NCBI RefSeq assembly: GCF_000017305.1
Contig: NC_009664.2
Location: forward strand, 360,001 to 392,000
DNA from: Kineococcus radiotolerans SRS30216 = ATCC BAA-149
GTDB taxonomy: Bacteria; Actinomycetota; Actinomycetes; Actinomycetales; Kineococcaceae
Direction: 5' to 3'
DNA length: 32,000 bases
Part shown: positions 30,939 to 32,000 of the stretch, piece after piece
Layout: each line of letters opens with the position of its first letter
Position numbering within the stretch: the first letter of the stretch is position 1
Position numbers and translations under genes: made by a program
The notes under the pieces: model-generated
Told to the model about the DNA's origin: nothing
Database searches by the model: none
Seen by the model: only the letters and a program-made list of their open reading frames with translations

Positions 30939-32000
30939 CGTTCCCGGTCGTCGACGGGCACAACGACCTGGCCTGGGAGCTGCGCGAGCGGTTCGGCTCC
31001 GACCCCGCCCGCGCCGGGCTGGCGACGGAGCAGCCCGCCCTGCACACCGACGTCCCCCGCCTGCGCGCCGGCGGGGTCGGGGCGCAGTTCTGGTCCGTCT
31101 ACGTCCCCTCGCACTGGGACCCCGCGGCCGCCGCGGTGGCCGTGTTCGAGCAGGTCGACCTCGTCCGCCGCCTCGTCGCCACCCACCCCGACGTGTTCCG
31201 CTGGACCCCCACCGCCGCCGACGTCCGCACCGCCGTCGCCGAGGGCCGCATCGCCTCCCTGCCCGGGGCCGAGGGCGGGCACGCCATCGCCGGTTCCCTG
31301 GCGGTGCTGCGCGAACTGCGCCGCGCCGGGCTCGCGTACCTCACCCTCACCCACAACGACAACACCCCCTGGGCCGCCTCCGCCACCGGCGTCCACGTCG
31401 AGCACGGCCTCACCGCCTTCGGCCGCGACGTCGTCTGCGAGATGAACCGCACCGGGGTCCTCGTCGACCTCTCCCACGTCCACGAACGCACCATGCACGA
31501 CGCCCTCGACGTCACGACCCGGCCCGTGCTGTTCTCGCACTCCTCCGCGCGCGCCGTGACCGACCACCCCCGCAACGTCCCCGACGGGGTGCTGGAACGC
31601 CTGCCCGGCAACGGGGGCGTCCTCATGGTCACCTTCGTGCCGGCCTTCGTGAACCGGGCCTGTGCGGACCACCGCGCCGCGGCCACCGCGGAACGGCGAC
31701 GGCGCGGGCTGGCGGGCGACCCCTACGACCCGGCCGGGTTCGGCGACTGGCTGGCCGCGAACCCCCGTCCCCGCGCCACGCTCGCCGACGTGGCCGACCA
31801 CCTCGACCACGCCCGCGAGGTCGTCGGCGTGGAGCACCTCGGCCTCGGCGGCGACTACGACGGCACCGACGAGCTCCCCGTCGGCCTGGAGGACGTCTCC
31901 GCCTACCCCCGGCTGCTGGCCGAGCTCACCGGCCGCGGCTGGTCGGGCAGCGACCTCGCGGCGCTCGCGGGCGGCAACGCCCTGCGGGTGCTGGAGGAGG
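30935..32000 (+). CDS. M19-family membrane/renal-type dipeptidase (3' end beyond window)
   Basis: Not in the track because it is open at the window edge. My translation gives [63 protein letters not shown] and [13 protein letters not shown] 30935 overlaps the AIM24-3 stop (GTGA). Confidence 0.85.
   Translation, partial: MTFPVVDGHNDLAWELRERFGSDPARAGLATEQPALHTDVPRLRAGGVGAQFWSVYVPSHWDPAAAAVAVFEQVDLVRRLVATHPDVFRWTPTAADVRTAVAEGRIASLPGAEGGHAIAGSLAVLRELRRAGLAYLTLTHNDNTPWAASATGVHVEHGLTAFGRDVVCEMNRTGVLVDLSHVHERTMHDALDVTTRPVLFSHSSARAVTDHPRNVPDGVLERLPGNGGVLMVTFVPAFVNRACADHRAAATAERRRRGLAGDPYDPAGFGDWLAANPRPRATLADVADHLDHAREVVGVEHLGLGGDYDGTDELPVGLEDVSAYPRLLAELTGRGWSGSDLAALAGGNALRVLEE

Overview
High-G+C (by eye about 70-75%) actinobacterial chromosome segment. 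About 32 protein-coding genes tile the window almost gap-free. I see no rRNA, tRNA, CRISPR array, transposase or integrase.

Backbone: the conserved actinobacterial proteasome/pupylation neighbourhood. It comprises the mpa/arc AAA ATPase (1555-3237, minus), the tRNA m1A58 methyltransferase trmI, an M50 site-2 protease, a RecB/Cas4-like nuclease (M. tuberculosis Rv2119-like) and a PAC2-family protein (Rv2125-like).

Accessory block 1 (3463-11514): a translationally coupled kynurenine operon (kynU-kynA-alpha/beta-hydrolase formamidase with an extra N-terminal domain), a YihY/BrkB membrane protein, a BASS-type transporter, a two-domain sulfurtransferase and a ThuB/ThuA-like pair.

Accessory block 2 (14913-25920, all minus strand) is the most interesting part. 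It is a ten-gene chemosensory operon: MCP (two signalling domains) - CheW (three domains) - CheB - HEAT protein - CheR - CheY - CheA - STAS-like protein - CheY - MCP (bare 337-aa hairpin). Neither receptor has a transmembrane or ligand-binding region. Gene content and order resemble the Vibrio cholerae cluster I / class F9 cytoplasmic-array system with a DosM-like double-hairpin receptor. Input, output and the two accessory proteins are unexplained.

To the right lie an orphan HTH gene, a HAD hydrolase, the PAC2 gene and a DUF805 membrane protein. Then come three tandem, translationally coupled AIM24 (DUF124) paralogues coupled to an M19 dipeptidase that runs off the right edge.

A recurring sequence-level signal is TANNNT placed 6-7 nt upstream of start codons (leaderless-type promoters). 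This includes two 23-25 bp divergent intergenic regions in which both -10 boxes share one TA.

Limits: all protein calls come from motif recognition by eye and no database search was run. Small-motif coordinates may be off by 1-2 nt.
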